53,257 bases of DNA from a virus. Its lineage: Duplodnaviria > Caudoviricetes. Below are positions 16,264 through 24,959 of this stretch, one piece after another. Each line of letters opens with the position of its first letter. Within the stretch, counting starts at the first letter, position 1. The DNA is taken from positions 1 to 53,257 of IMG/VR virus record IMGVR_UViG_3300019887_000002, one strand, 5' to 3'. A model generated the notes under the pieces. That model was not told the DNA's origin. It worked only from the letters and a program-made list of their open reading frames with translations, and did not search any database. A program made the position numbers and the translations under genes.

Positions 16264-17311
16264 TCGGTACATCATCAGGACGTCTGAACGTCTCGCGTTC
16301 AAGAGATGTCGACGTCAATGGGACTACTCATCTGACAACCGTCAAGGATTGGAACCGATCAGGAATGCAGTAGCTCTCAACTTCGGGACGGCAGTCCATG
16401 CAGCGATGGCTGTCTACTACGATCCCAAGACTTGGGGTGACGACGTTCGAGTCGAGACGATTACTGCCTTTGACCTTTCAATCCTAAGCATGAAGGGTGA
16501 TGTACCTGACGACAAGTACCAGGAACTGAAGGACCTCGGTCGTGGAATGTTGAAGTACTACTTCATGTGGGCTCCTAGGTACGATCGAGGACAACCTATA
16601 TTAGTGGAGCAGGAGTTCGAAGTACCTATTCCAGATCCTTATGGTCTGAGCGACCAATTGTACTGGGAAGGCATTCCTGTTTTCTATCAGGGACGATTCG
16701 ACAAGCTGGAAGTTGATGACGGAGAGTACTGGCTTGACGACTACAAGACTTGTGTCTCATTCTGTGATCCAGAGATACTTGAACTGGATGAGCAGTGCAA
16801 GTCATATGCGTGGGCTGCACAGCTTCAACTAGGCATCCCGATTGTCGGTATCAAGTACACTGAACTGAGAAAGTCAGTACCTCATCCGCCCAAAGAGTTG
16901 GTACGTGGAGGGCTATCAGTTGCAAAGAATCAACTCACCACGTTCGAACTGTTTGTAGCGACAGCAAGGAGACTTGGATACCCACTCGAACCGTACCTTG
17001 ACTACTTGGACTTTCTCAAAGAGAGTCCCAAACAGTTCGTTCGTAGGTCTCGAAACCACTACAGTCAGAAGGAGTTAGAGAACCAAGGCATCCAGATTGG
17101 GTTGGAAGCCATCGACATGTTGAACGATCCATCAATCTACCCGTCACCAAATAGGATGGAGTGTCAACGATGTGCCTTCCGTACCCCTTGTCTTGCAGAG
17201 AACGATGGGAGTGATGTTGAGTGGATCCTTAATGACTCGTACCAGAAGAGGAAGGAACCACGCAATCTCATTCTCGTGGATGACGATGACTTCGAGTACG
17301 ACTCTCTGTGA
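16256..17311 (+). CDS. PD-(D/E)XK (RecB/Cas4-like) exonuclease
   Basis: CRR, FGTAVH, VEQEF, GRFD, DYKT, C-terminal CxxCxxxxxC. Confidence 0.88.
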   Translation: MTDRYIIRTSERLAFKRCRRQWDYSSDNRQGLEPIRNAVALNFGTAVHAAMAVYYDPKTWGDDVRVETITAFDLSILSMKGDVPDDKYQELKDLGRGMLKYYFMWAPRYDRGQPILVEQEFEVPIPDPYGLSDQLYWEGIPVFYQGRFDKLEVDDGEYWLDDYKTCVSFCDPEILELDEQCKSYAWAAQLQLGIPIVGIKYTELRKSVPHPPKELVRGGLSVAKNQLTTFELFVATARRLGYPLEPYLDYLDFLKESPKQFVRRSRNHYSQKELENQGIQIGLEAIDMLNDPSIYPSPNRMECQRCAFRTPCLAENDGSDVEWILNDSYQKRKEPRNLILVDDDDFEYDSL

Positions 17312-17325
17312 GAGGGGGTGAATAA

Positions 17326-18207
17326 TTGGCACTATCAAAAGAAGAACTTGCATCACTAATGGACAACACTCCTGAAGAGGCAGAGGAGACTCCGAAACCT
17401 GAACCTGTTGCCGAAGTTGCACAGGAAGAGGATGACGAAGAGTTCGAAGCTCCTGTCCAACTGACTCCAGACAACGTCAAGTCTATTGGTGGCCTTCCGA
17501 TTCAGCGTGTTGGAGACATGCCTCACAGGTACATTAAGTTCCTCATCTTCGCGGACCCTGGTGCAGGGAAGACGTGGCTTACTGGCTCAGCATCAGTGGT
17601 CGAAGAGATGTCGCCTGTATTGCTACTCGACATTGATGGGGGAGACCTTACTCTATTCAGGACTTTCCCAGACGTTGAGGTTGTTAGGGTCAAGGACTGG
17701 AAGTCGATGCAGTCTTTGTACAAGGACCTCCGTAAAGGTGACTTCGAGTACAAGACGTTCGGAGTCGACAGTTTGACTGAGCTCCAGAAGTTCAACATGG
17801 ACCAACTCATGTTCGAAGCGTGGAAGGCAGATCACGATAAGGATAGAGATAAGCCAGGATGGGACGAGTTCAACAAGAACGGTAACCAGACACGAAGGGT
17901 TGTCCGTCTCTTCAGAGACCTTCCTGTCAACGTCATCTTCACCTGTCACGTGATGTACAAGCAGAATAAGGAGGGACAGATCATCGGGAGGATGCCCGAT
18001 CTAACTGGTAAGTTGTCGCGACAAGTTCCAGGGTTCATTGATACGGTCGGGTATTTGTACCCAAAGGTTATAGATGGAGAAGTTGTCCGTCTCATGCAGA
18101 CATTTAGCGACGGCAAGACGATCGCTAAGGACCGCTCAGGACGGCTACCCAAGATCGTTCGTAACCCAGACATGCAAATGATTTACAACGCCTACTTTGG
18201 AAAGTAG
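17326..18207 (+). CDS. AAA_24 / Sak4-like ATPase recombinase
   Basis: DPGAGKT, LLDIDGG, VDSLTE, FTCH, AKDR motifs. Confidence 0.85.
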   Translation: MALSKEELASLMDNTPEEAEETPKPEPVAEVAQEEDDEEFEAPVQLTPDNVKSIGGLPIQRVGDMPHRYIKFLIFADPGAGKTWLTGSASVVEEMSPVLLLDIDGGDLTLFRTFPDVEVVRVKDWKSMQSLYKDLRKGDFEYKTFGVDSLTELQKFNMDQLMFEAWKADHDKDRDKPGWDEFNKNGNQTRRVVRLFRDLPVNVIFTCHVMYKQNKEGQIIGRMPDLTGKLSRQVPGFIDTVGYLYPKVIDGEVVRLMQTFSDGKTIAKDRSGRLPKIVRNPDMQMIYNAYFGK

Positions 18208-18225
18208 GAGAAAGGTACCAAGAAC

Positions 18226-18696
18226 ATGAGTGACGTTGATACCGAGCAGTGGGACCTTCGCGTCAACCTGAGTGGAGTTGCAGTTGGCTTCGAAGCACTT
18301 CCTGCGGGCACGTACAACATGACCGTCGAAGAGTGGGAGATGACCGAGACAGGTCCGAAGTCCAAGACCCCCGGAGCTCCCATGGTCAAGTGGACCTTCG
18401 CTGTCGACGGCGGAGAGTTCGAAGGCCGGAAGATCTTCTCCAACAACACCTTCTCGAAGGGCGCACTCCCGTTCTTCAAGGAGTTGCTCGTCGCAACCGG
18501 ACGGTTCAAGTCCGAGCAGCTGAACGGTGAGATCGACGTTGAGGAGGCTTGCAACGAGATCCTCGACGCACACATTCGAGTCACCGTCAAGGTGCGAGAC
18601 TACGAGGGTGATGACACCAATCAGATCAAGCGCATCCGTCCTGTCGGAGACGGCAAGGATGGCTCGGCAGACTCCATCGACGACCTGCTCCCGTAG
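18226..18696 (+). CDS. DUF669-like single-stranded DNA-binding protein
   Basis: FEALPAGTY...GRKIF pattern, acidic tail, follows Sak4. Confidence 0.8.
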   Translation: MSDVDTEQWDLRVNLSGVAVGFEALPAGTYNMTVEEWEMTETGPKSKTPGAPMVKWTFAVDGGEFEGRKIFSNNTFSKGALPFFKELLVATGRFKSEQLNGEIDVEEACNEILDAHIRVTVKVRDYEGDDTNQIKRIRPVGDGKDGSADSIDDLLP

Positions 18697-18699
18697 AGG

Positions 18700-20877
18700 G
18701 TGCTGGTACCAAAAGTCGGGCTGTTCTTGAAGTTCGTTCTGGGAGACGCACAGGGAGTCCTGTGCGTCTCCCGACGTCCTGCAGGAACGAAACAGTTTGA
18801 AGAGGAATACTTCAACTACCCGGGAGAGATCAAGGCTACTCTTGAGTGGCTAGCCGCCTCGGAAAGAGGTTACGATCTATACTTCTGCCCAAATTTACTC
18901 GCTGGCAACAAGCGTGACAAGGCTAGTGTCCTTTCATGCGGATGTGCTTGGGCGGATCTCGATTCGTGTAAGCCAGAGAACATGCTAATTCCTCCTACCA
19001 TTGTCGTTGAAACTTCTCCCCAGAGATACCAAGGGTACTGGGTGTTCGATGAAGCTGTCGAACCTGCAGTAGCAGAGGACATCTCCAGACGCATTGCTTA
19101 CTACCATGCAGAACAGGGAGCAGACAAGAGTGGTTGGGATCTATCACAACTGCTTCGGATCCCATACTCGTACAACTACAAGTACGGTAACAACCCAGCA
19201 GCCATTCAGATTAGGAAGGCAACCAACGAGCATTACACTCCCGACTCCTTCTCAGTCTATCCACAGGCCGAGGGGTTTGAGTACACGGAGATTCCGTTTC
19301 CAACTGAATGGCCTCAGGAAGATGCAGATGCAACTCTGCAGAAACATCGTACACACTTTCATCCACGAGTCTGGGACCTATACAATACGGTGCCTGACGA
19401 GCACAAGTGGTCGACAGCACTCTGGCAACTAGAGATGTTGTTGTTCGAAGGTGGAATGGTTCGTGAGGAAGTGTTCATAGTTGCCAAGGCTGCAAAGTGT
19501 AACAAGTACGAACGGGATGGCAGATCAGACAAGCTCCTGTGGAAAGATGTATGTAGGGCGTGGGCAAGGGCAGTTGAGAAGACAAAAGCTATTGCCTTCG
19601 GTCAGTATGATCCGCCTCACGAACAAATGTTAACGGACGGAGAACGAGAATGGGTAACTTCGAACCTGAGCATCGTGGAACGTTACATATCGTGGGCTCG
19701 CCAACTTGGCGACGCTGCATGGCAGTATCATCAGGCAGGTGCTTTCATTACATTGTCCTCGCTATTAGCAGGTTCAGTTCGACTTCCTACATCCTATGGG
19801 ATGATGGTACCGAATTTGTGGTTTATGATTTTAGCGGATACAACTCTCACGCGGAAGACTACGGCGATGGACATCTCCGTCGATTTGTTGACAGAGATCG
19901 ACCCAGATATAGTGCTGGCGACGGATGGGAGTATCGAGGGCTTGATGACGTCATTGTCTATGCGTCCGGGTCAACCATCTTTGTTCTTACGGGATGAGTT
20001 CTCCGGCTTACTATCTGCTATGGAGCACAAGGACTACATGTCAGGTATGGCTGAGATGTTCACTAAGTTGTACGACGGTAAGTTCCAAAAGCGGGTACTC
20101 CGGAAGGAGATCATCGAGGTACGCGACCCCAGATTGATCCTGTTCGCAGGAGGTATCAAGACTCGCGTACAAGACATCTTGACGTACGAACAGGTTGCAT
20201 CCGGGTTCATTCCAAGATTCATCATTGTCAGTGCAGAAGCTGACATCGCTGCACTGAAGCCTCTAGGACCCCCAAGTGAACGATCGAACCTTGAACGTGC
20301 GAAGCTACTCTTTGAACTAACTAAGATCAAGAATCACTACTGCCAGACGACCGAAGTCAAAGTTGGTATGAAGGTCTTCCGTCAACCGAAGCAGTGGGAC
20401 GCACGGCTCACCGAAGAAGCGTGGGCGTTGTACAACAAGTACGAAACAACTACACTTGCAATAGCAAACAGAGCAGGACGTAAAGATGTCTTGACACCTA
20501 CAATGGACAGACTCTGCAAGAGTGGTCTGAAGTGTGCAGTCATCTTGGCTGCTGTCAGACATCTTGGTGACCAGATTGTTGTAGAGGAGCAAGACCTTGT
20601 ACGTGCATTCTACTACGTCGAACAGTGGAGAGGTTTCGCTACTGATTTGATTCAGAACATCGGTAAGTCGATCCAGGAGAGAGGATTGGAACAGATTGAG
20701 AGAGCTATAGTCAGATCACCCGGTGTAATGCGTAGTACATTGATGCAGTACTTCCATCTGACGGCAAGAGATACTGACATGGTACTCCAGACCCTAGAGC
20801 AACGTGGAACTATTTCTCGTGTCAAGAATGGTAGGTCAGAGACTTTGTGGCCAAGCAAACTACAGGAGGTCAAGTGA
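18700..20877 (+). CDS. RepB-type primase fused to DUF3987-like helicase/ATPase domain
   Basis: WADLD, VETSP.RYQGYW, LLRIP primase motifs; C-terminal RKTT, RDEF, SGFIPRF. Confidence 0.82.
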   Translation: MLVPKVGLFLKFVLGDAQGVLCVSRRPAGTKQFEEEYFNYPGEIKATLEWLAASERGYDLYFCPNLLAGNKRDKASVLSCGCAWADLDSCKPENMLIPPTIVVETSPQRYQGYWVFDEAVEPAVAEDISRRIAYYHAEQGADKSGWDLSQLLRIPYSYNYKYGNNPAAIQIRKATNEHYTPDSFSVYPQAEGFEYTEIPFPTEWPQEDADATLQKHRTHFHPRVWDLYNTVPDEHKWSTALWQLEMLLFEGGMVREEVFIVAKAAKCNKYERDGRSDKLLWKDVCRAWARAVEKTKAIAFGQYDPPHEQMLTDGEREWVTSNLSIVERYISWARQLGDAAWQYHQAGAFITLSSLLAGSVRLPTSYGMMVPNLWFMILADTTLTRKTTAMDISVDLLTEIDPDIVLATDGSIEGLMTSLSMRPGQPSLFLRDEFSGLLSAMEHKDYMSGMAEMFTKLYDGKFQKRVLRKEIIEVRDPRLILFAGGIKTRVQDILTYEQVASGFIPRFIIVSAEADIAALKPLGPPSERSNLERAKLLFELTKIKNHYCQTTEVKVGMKVFRQPKQWDARLTEEAWALYNKYETTTLAIANRAGRKDVLTPTMDRLCKSGLKCAVILAAVRHLGDQIVVEEQDLVRAFYYVEQWRGFATDLIQNIGKSIQERGLEQIERAIVRSPGVMRSTLMQYFHLTARDTDMVLQTLEQRGTISRVKNGRSETLWPSKLQEVK

Positions 20878-21635
20878 CACAGACCCAGCGGACGTTCGCT
20901 CACCCTTCCGATCCTAAAGCAGTCGTCCTCCTCAGTGGAGGACTCGACAGTACCGTCCTCGCATACATGATGTCGGAGAAGTACAACTGTCACTTCCTCT
21001 CGTTCAACTACGGACAGCGACACAGCAAGGAAATCCTATACGCTGGGCAGACGGCTCGTCGGTTGGGCTCTCCTCACAACGTCATTGACTTGACGTCGCT
21101 AGGCCTCCTGTTGAAAGGCTCTGCACTGTCTGACCCCAACGTGGCTGTTCCAGAAGGCCACTACTCAGCAGACAACATGGCGATCACGGTTGTGCCCAAC
21201 CGCAATGCAACTATGCTCTCGTGTGCCACTGCTGTTGCCGTTGCAGAGAAAGCTTCCGTCGTCGCTTTCGCACCTCACTTTGGTGACTACCAGCAGTACC
21301 CTGATTGCAGGACTCGATTCGTTGACCGCCTCCAAGAGGCTCTGACGATCGGCAACGAGGGATTCATGCTTGGAGGTTTCCGTATCGAGGCACCCTTCAT
21401 TGCTATGTCAAAGGCGGACATCGTCACAATTGGTGAGAACCTTAAGGTTCCCTTCGCAAGTACCTGGAGTTGCTACAAAGGCGGAAGCGTTCACTGCGGT
21501 CGGTGTGGAACTTGTGTGGAGAGAGCAGAAGCATTCTGGGAAGCGCAAGTTGCAGATCCGACAACGTACGCCGACAACGAGTACTGGAGTCAAGTGACAG
21601 GTAAGTGGCCGATCATTCTTGGAGGATCCAAATGA
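20874..21635 (+). CDS. queC: 7-cyano-7-deazaguanine synthase
   Basis: SGGLDS, YGQRH, VPNRN, YPDCR, SCY...CGRCGTC. Confidence 0.96.
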   Translation: MTQTQRTFAHPSDPKAVVLLSGGLDSTVLAYMMSEKYNCHFLSFNYGQRHSKEILYAGQTARRLGSPHNVIDLTSLGLLLKGSALSDPNVAVPEGHYSADNMAITVVPNRNATMLSCATAVAVAEKASVVAFAPHFGDYQQYPDCRTRFVDRLQEALTIGNEGFMLGGFRIEAPFIAMSKADIVTIGENLKVPFASTWSCYKGGSVHCGRCGTCVERAEAFWEAQVADPTTYADNEYWSQVTGKWPIILGGSK

Positions 21636-22075
21636 CGATTGAAGTCGGTTCCATTCGTGTAATGCATAACGTGGAGATGGCTCACCGTCTCACGAAGACA
21701 CCTGGTAGGTGCCAGAACATCCATGGCCACAGTTGGAAGGTGATCCTCACACTAACTGGGGAGATCGACGAGAAGGGTGTACTAGTCGAGTTCGGTTACC
21801 TCAAGATGGCGTTCCGTGACTTCCTCAACACGAACTTCGATCACCACCTCCTACTCAACTGGACTGATCCAATGTTCAGGAATGTAATGCTAGAAGGTGC
21901 TCTCCTACCAGGTGCCACTCAAATGGAAGGAGAACCTACAACCGAGAACTTCGCCAAGCTCATCTACGACTGGGCTGTACAAGAGTTGATCGGCAAGATC
22001 GGGAACGTATATAGTGCACGAGTTGAAGTCTGGGAGACTGCAACAAACTGTGCTGTGTACCCTGCGGAGGGATGA
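21632..22075 (+). CDS. queD: 6-carboxy-5,6,7,8-tetrahydropterin synthase
   Basis: AHRL...CQNIHGH, DH, PTTEN, VWET. Confidence 0.95.
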   Translation: MTIEVGSIRVMHNVEMAHRLTKTPGRCQNIHGHSWKVILTLTGEIDEKGVLVEFGYLKMAFRDFLNTNFDHHLLLNWTDPMFRNVMLEGALLPGATQMEGEPTTENFAKLIYDWAVQELIGKIGNVYSARVEVWETATNCAVYPAEG

Positions 22076-22076
22076 C

Positions 22077-22313
22077 ATGGCTAGAGTGTACGAGTTGATA
22101 CCAGGAGACAGAGTGAAGGTAGTGAGTATGTCAGGTACCTTCATAGCATCGTGTGACCACCCTCTCTTCGATGGTTTCATGTTGGTCATCTGGAGAATGG
22201 AAGATGGTACGTGGAGTCACGATGCTCTCCTCGCAACACAAGAGGTTGGTGAAGTTGTTCCAAACGAGGATCGGGTTGCAAACCTTCAACAGGCACTACT
22301 GAGGAGAGTTTGA
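22077..22313 (+). CDS. hypothetical protein within the que cluster
   Basis: GGAGG RBS; SH3-like beta pattern. Confidence 0.7.
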   Translation: MARVYELIPGDRVKVVSMSGTFIASCDHPLFDGFMLVIWRMEDGTWSHDALLATQEVGEVVPNEDRVANLQQALLRRV

Positions 22314-23087
22314 ATGGAAGGCAATCGAGCATTCAAGAGAGGACACCTTCGTGTAAGTGGAGATGGCATCTTCTACACACTTCAAGGGGAAGGGATCACA
22401 CAAGGTATTCCAGCTATCTTCCTCCGTCTACACGAGTGCAACCTGAAGTGCAAGTGGGGCGAAACGATTTGTGACGCCTCGTACACGTGGGACAAGTCTG
22501 ACAACAGGTACTGGCAGGAGTCTCTAGACGTTCCTATGGAGTCTCTTACCCAAGACTTGTGGAAAGCAATGCAAGGTCACAACTGCTACAGAATCGTGAT
22601 CACAGGTGGCGAACCAATGATGCAGCGAGGAGCACTGGACACTCTGCTTCAAAATCTCTTCAGCCGGTTACCGACACCCTTTGGGAAGATTTGGGTAGAG
22701 TTTGAAACCAACGGGACGATTGCTCCCACCAAATTCATGGTAGAGAGCGCTAACAGGTACTTGGTTCAATTCAACGTCTCTCCAAAGTTGGCAACGTCAG
22801 GTAACGGTTCCTGGCGGGCACTCAAACCTGAAGTGTTGAAGGAGTACGCAGAAACAAACTCCTGGTTCAAGTTCGTGGTGGACGATGTCTTCGACGAGGA
22901 TGAGATCGTGGACATCGTGGAACAGGTACACTTGAATCCTATGCGTGTCATCCTCATGCCTCAGGGCGTTGATCCGATGACTCTGTGGAAGAACCAGCAG
23001 TTGTGTGCAGAGATCGCTATGAAGCGTGGATGGCGAATGACAACTCGTCTACAGATCGCTCTCTGGGGGAATACTCGTGGCACCTAA
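22314..23087 (+). CDS. queE: 7-carboxy-7-deazaguanine synthase (radical SAM)
   Basis: FYTLQGEG, CNLKC...CD, ITGGEP, ETNG, NVSPKL. Confidence 0.95.
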   Translation: MEGNRAFKRGHLRVSGDGIFYTLQGEGITQGIPAIFLRLHECNLKCKWGETICDASYTWDKSDNRYWQESLDVPMESLTQDLWKAMQGHNCYRIVITGGEPMMQRGALDTLLQNLFSRLPTPFGKIWVEFETNGTIAPTKFMVESANRYLVQFNVSPKLATSGNGSWRALKPEVLKEYAETNSWFKFVVDDVFDEDEIVDIVEQVHLNPMRVILMPQGVDPMTLWKNQQLCAEIAMKRGWRMTTRLQIALWGNTRGT

Positions 23088-23253
23088 CCTTGGGCTAGCA
23101 ACAACTCGCGAACTCCTAACAGAACTTGCTGTGCGTATGGAAGTTACGCAGAACAGTACTAACGGTCGAGCTCTCGGACGACTGTGCCGAAATGCTCTGG
23201 AGCATCTCGCAAAAAACGTACTGGACTATCGGACAGTTAGTTCGGAGGGTTAG
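23077..23253 (+). CDS. hypothetical protein (58 aa)
   Basis: GGGGG RBS, GTG start; MAPNLGLATTRELL...LDYRTV. Confidence 0.6.
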   Translation: MAPNLGLATTRELLTELAVRMEVTQNSTNGRALGRLCRNALEHLAKNVLDYRTVSSEG

Positions 23254-23823
23254 ATGGCAGAGTCATACCAACGTAGATTGACAGTACCTATGGCCGCAGA
23301 ACTCCTCAGGCGCTTATTGCCTGATGAGAACTGGGAAGACGAACATCTAAGGAGGACACCAGAACGCTTCGTGCAGATGTTGCATGAGCTTACAGACAGG
23401 ACACCGCATGAGTTCGACTTCACGATCTTCCCGAACGACGGGATTGACGAGATGGTCGTCGTTCAAGACATACCGTTCCGCTCACTATGTGCCCATCACT
23501 TGTTGCCATTCATCGGTGTGGCCCACATCGCATACATCCCAGACAAGAAGGTCGCGGGCCTGTCGAAGCTCCCACGCACTGTGCAGTACTGGTCGGCTGG
23601 GTTGTGGAGCCAAGAACGGCTGACAGAGAAGATCACCAGGTACCTAGAGGAGATGTTGGAACCGGTAGGCGTCGCGGTCGTCATGAAAGCGGAACACATG
23701 TGTATGTCACTCAGGGGTGCACAGGCACATGGCACTAAGACAACGACATCTAAAATGCTTGGAGTGTTCCTCGATCCATCTCGAGGTGCTCGACAGGAGT
23801 TCCTCAATCTGATTTCACATTAG
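23254..23823 (+). CDS. folE: GTP cyclohydrolase I
   Basis: TPER, SLCAHHLLPF, GLSK, QERLT, HMCM. Confidence 0.96.
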   Translation: MAESYQRRLTVPMAAELLRRLLPDENWEDEHLRRTPERFVQMLHELTDRTPHEFDFTIFPNDGIDEMVVVQDIPFRSLCAHHLLPFIGVAHIAYIPDKKVAGLSKLPRTVQYWSAGLWSQERLTEKITRYLEEMLEPVGVAVVMKAEHMCMSLRGAQAHGTKTTTSKMLGVFLDPSRGARQEFLNLISH

Positions 23824-23830
23824 GACCCTC

Positions 23831-23860
23831 TTGATTTGGGACTAACTCCAGATATATAAT
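23831..23860 (+). promoter_or_regulatory. promoter TTGATT-N18-TATAAT
   Basis: Promoter family; heads the hydrolase-DpdA-polymerase unit. Confidence 0.8.
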
Positions 23861-23880
23861 TAGAACATAGGAGGGAAGCT

Positions 23881-24216
23881 GTGAGGAAAGCGTTGACAAT
23901 GTTGCAAGATGACACTGAGTGGAATGACAGTTTCATTCAGGAGATGGCTAACCGTATGGCTGTCGGCCGTCATAGGTACGGAAGTATCTACGGTCCTGAG
24001 CACGTAGGTCGTGACATGATCCGAGCTATGCGCAGCCGGATTACTCACTACGAGGAAACAGGCAACACAGAAGTGCTCCGGGATATTGCTAACTTCGCGA
24101 TGATCGAAGCATCAGTTCCTCATCATCCGAAAGCACACTTCAAACCACTCGAGCATGAAGATACGCCCCCTGTGTATCGTGACGGCAAGCCCTGGACTTT
24201 GGAGAGCGAACGATGA
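23881..24216 (+). CDS. putative all-alpha (MazG-like) nucleotide pyrophosphohydrolase
   Basis: G..RYG...GNTEVLRDIANFAMIE pattern resembles phage dATP/dGTP diphosphohydrolase-like proteins. Confidence 0.5.
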   Translation: MRKALTMLQDDTEWNDSFIQEMANRMAVGRHRYGSIYGPEHVGRDMIRAMRSRITHYEETGNTEVLRDIANFAMIEASVPHHPKAHFKPLEHEDTPPVYRDGKPWTLESER

Positions 24217-24959
24217 AGCTCGCAATCATCAGTCCTAACAGTCTGCTGGACAGGTATAGTCAGACGGACTACCACCTGATCCTTCCTGACATGCTCAAGG
24301 ACCCGGAGTACTACAGGTTCTACCACTCAGTTGCTAGGGGTTGGAAGGTACTAGACAACGGTGCACACGAAGAAGGAACGCGTTCACCTAACGAACTGTT
24401 CAGGATCGCTGAGATACTCCAAGTGGATGAGATCGTTGTACCTGATGTCATCGGTGACAGAGGTACCACTCTTGATATGGCAGCTAGCTTTGAGCCGCAT
24501 GCTTACGAGGCAAATCCACGGTATCAATACATGGGAGTCGTTCAAGGTTCATCTGCTGGTGAGGCGTGGGAGTGTCTCAGAGAGCTGACGGACTACTTCC
24601 CATGGATTAAGTCCATTGGTATTCCCCAACACCTCTGTAGGTTCGACCAACACATCCGTGTCGAGATGGCTGAAACAATCGATCAGTGGATGGGGCATCA
24701 GGTACACCTACTCGGCAACAATAGTAGGTGGCCTAGAGAGGTTAAGCACTTGTCGGATCTCAAATGCGTCGTTGGACATGACACGACGTACCCTGTCAAG
24801 ATGGGTCTGAGAGGCTACTACATCAGTGATAGGGAAGTACCAAACGTCCCAAGAGACCCCGACTACTTCGAGTTCTACCGAGATGTTGTTGAATTGCAAG
24901 ACTACGTCATCAAGGAGAACATTCGTGTCTACAAGTCCTGGTGCGATGGAACAACGTAG
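24213..24959 (+). CDS. dpdA: DpdA-like (TGT-fold) DNA guanine transglycosylase
   Basis: TIM-barrel TGT motifs VLDNGA, PDV, VVQG, IGIP, VHLLG, HDTT; adjacent to preQ0 genes. Confidence 0.75.
   Translation: MKLAIISPNSLLDRYSQTDYHLILPDMLKDPEYYRFYHSVARGWKVLDNGAHEEGTRSPNELFRIAEILQVDEIVVPDVIGDRGTTLDMAASFEPHAYEANPRYQYMGVVQGSSAGEAWECLRELTDYFPWIKSIGIPQHLCRFDQHIRVEMAETIDQWMGHQVHLLGNNSRWPREVKHLSDLKCVVGHDTTYPVKMGLRGYYISDREVPNVPRDPDYFEFYRDVVELQDYVIKENIRVYKSWCDGTT

Noticed and set aside
16256-17311. Cas4 as evidence of CRISPR
   Set aside because: Sits in a standard exonuclease-Sak4-SSB recombination module
20800-20874. preQ1 riboswitch ahead of queC
   Set aside because: queC overlaps the primase stop; no leader space or motif
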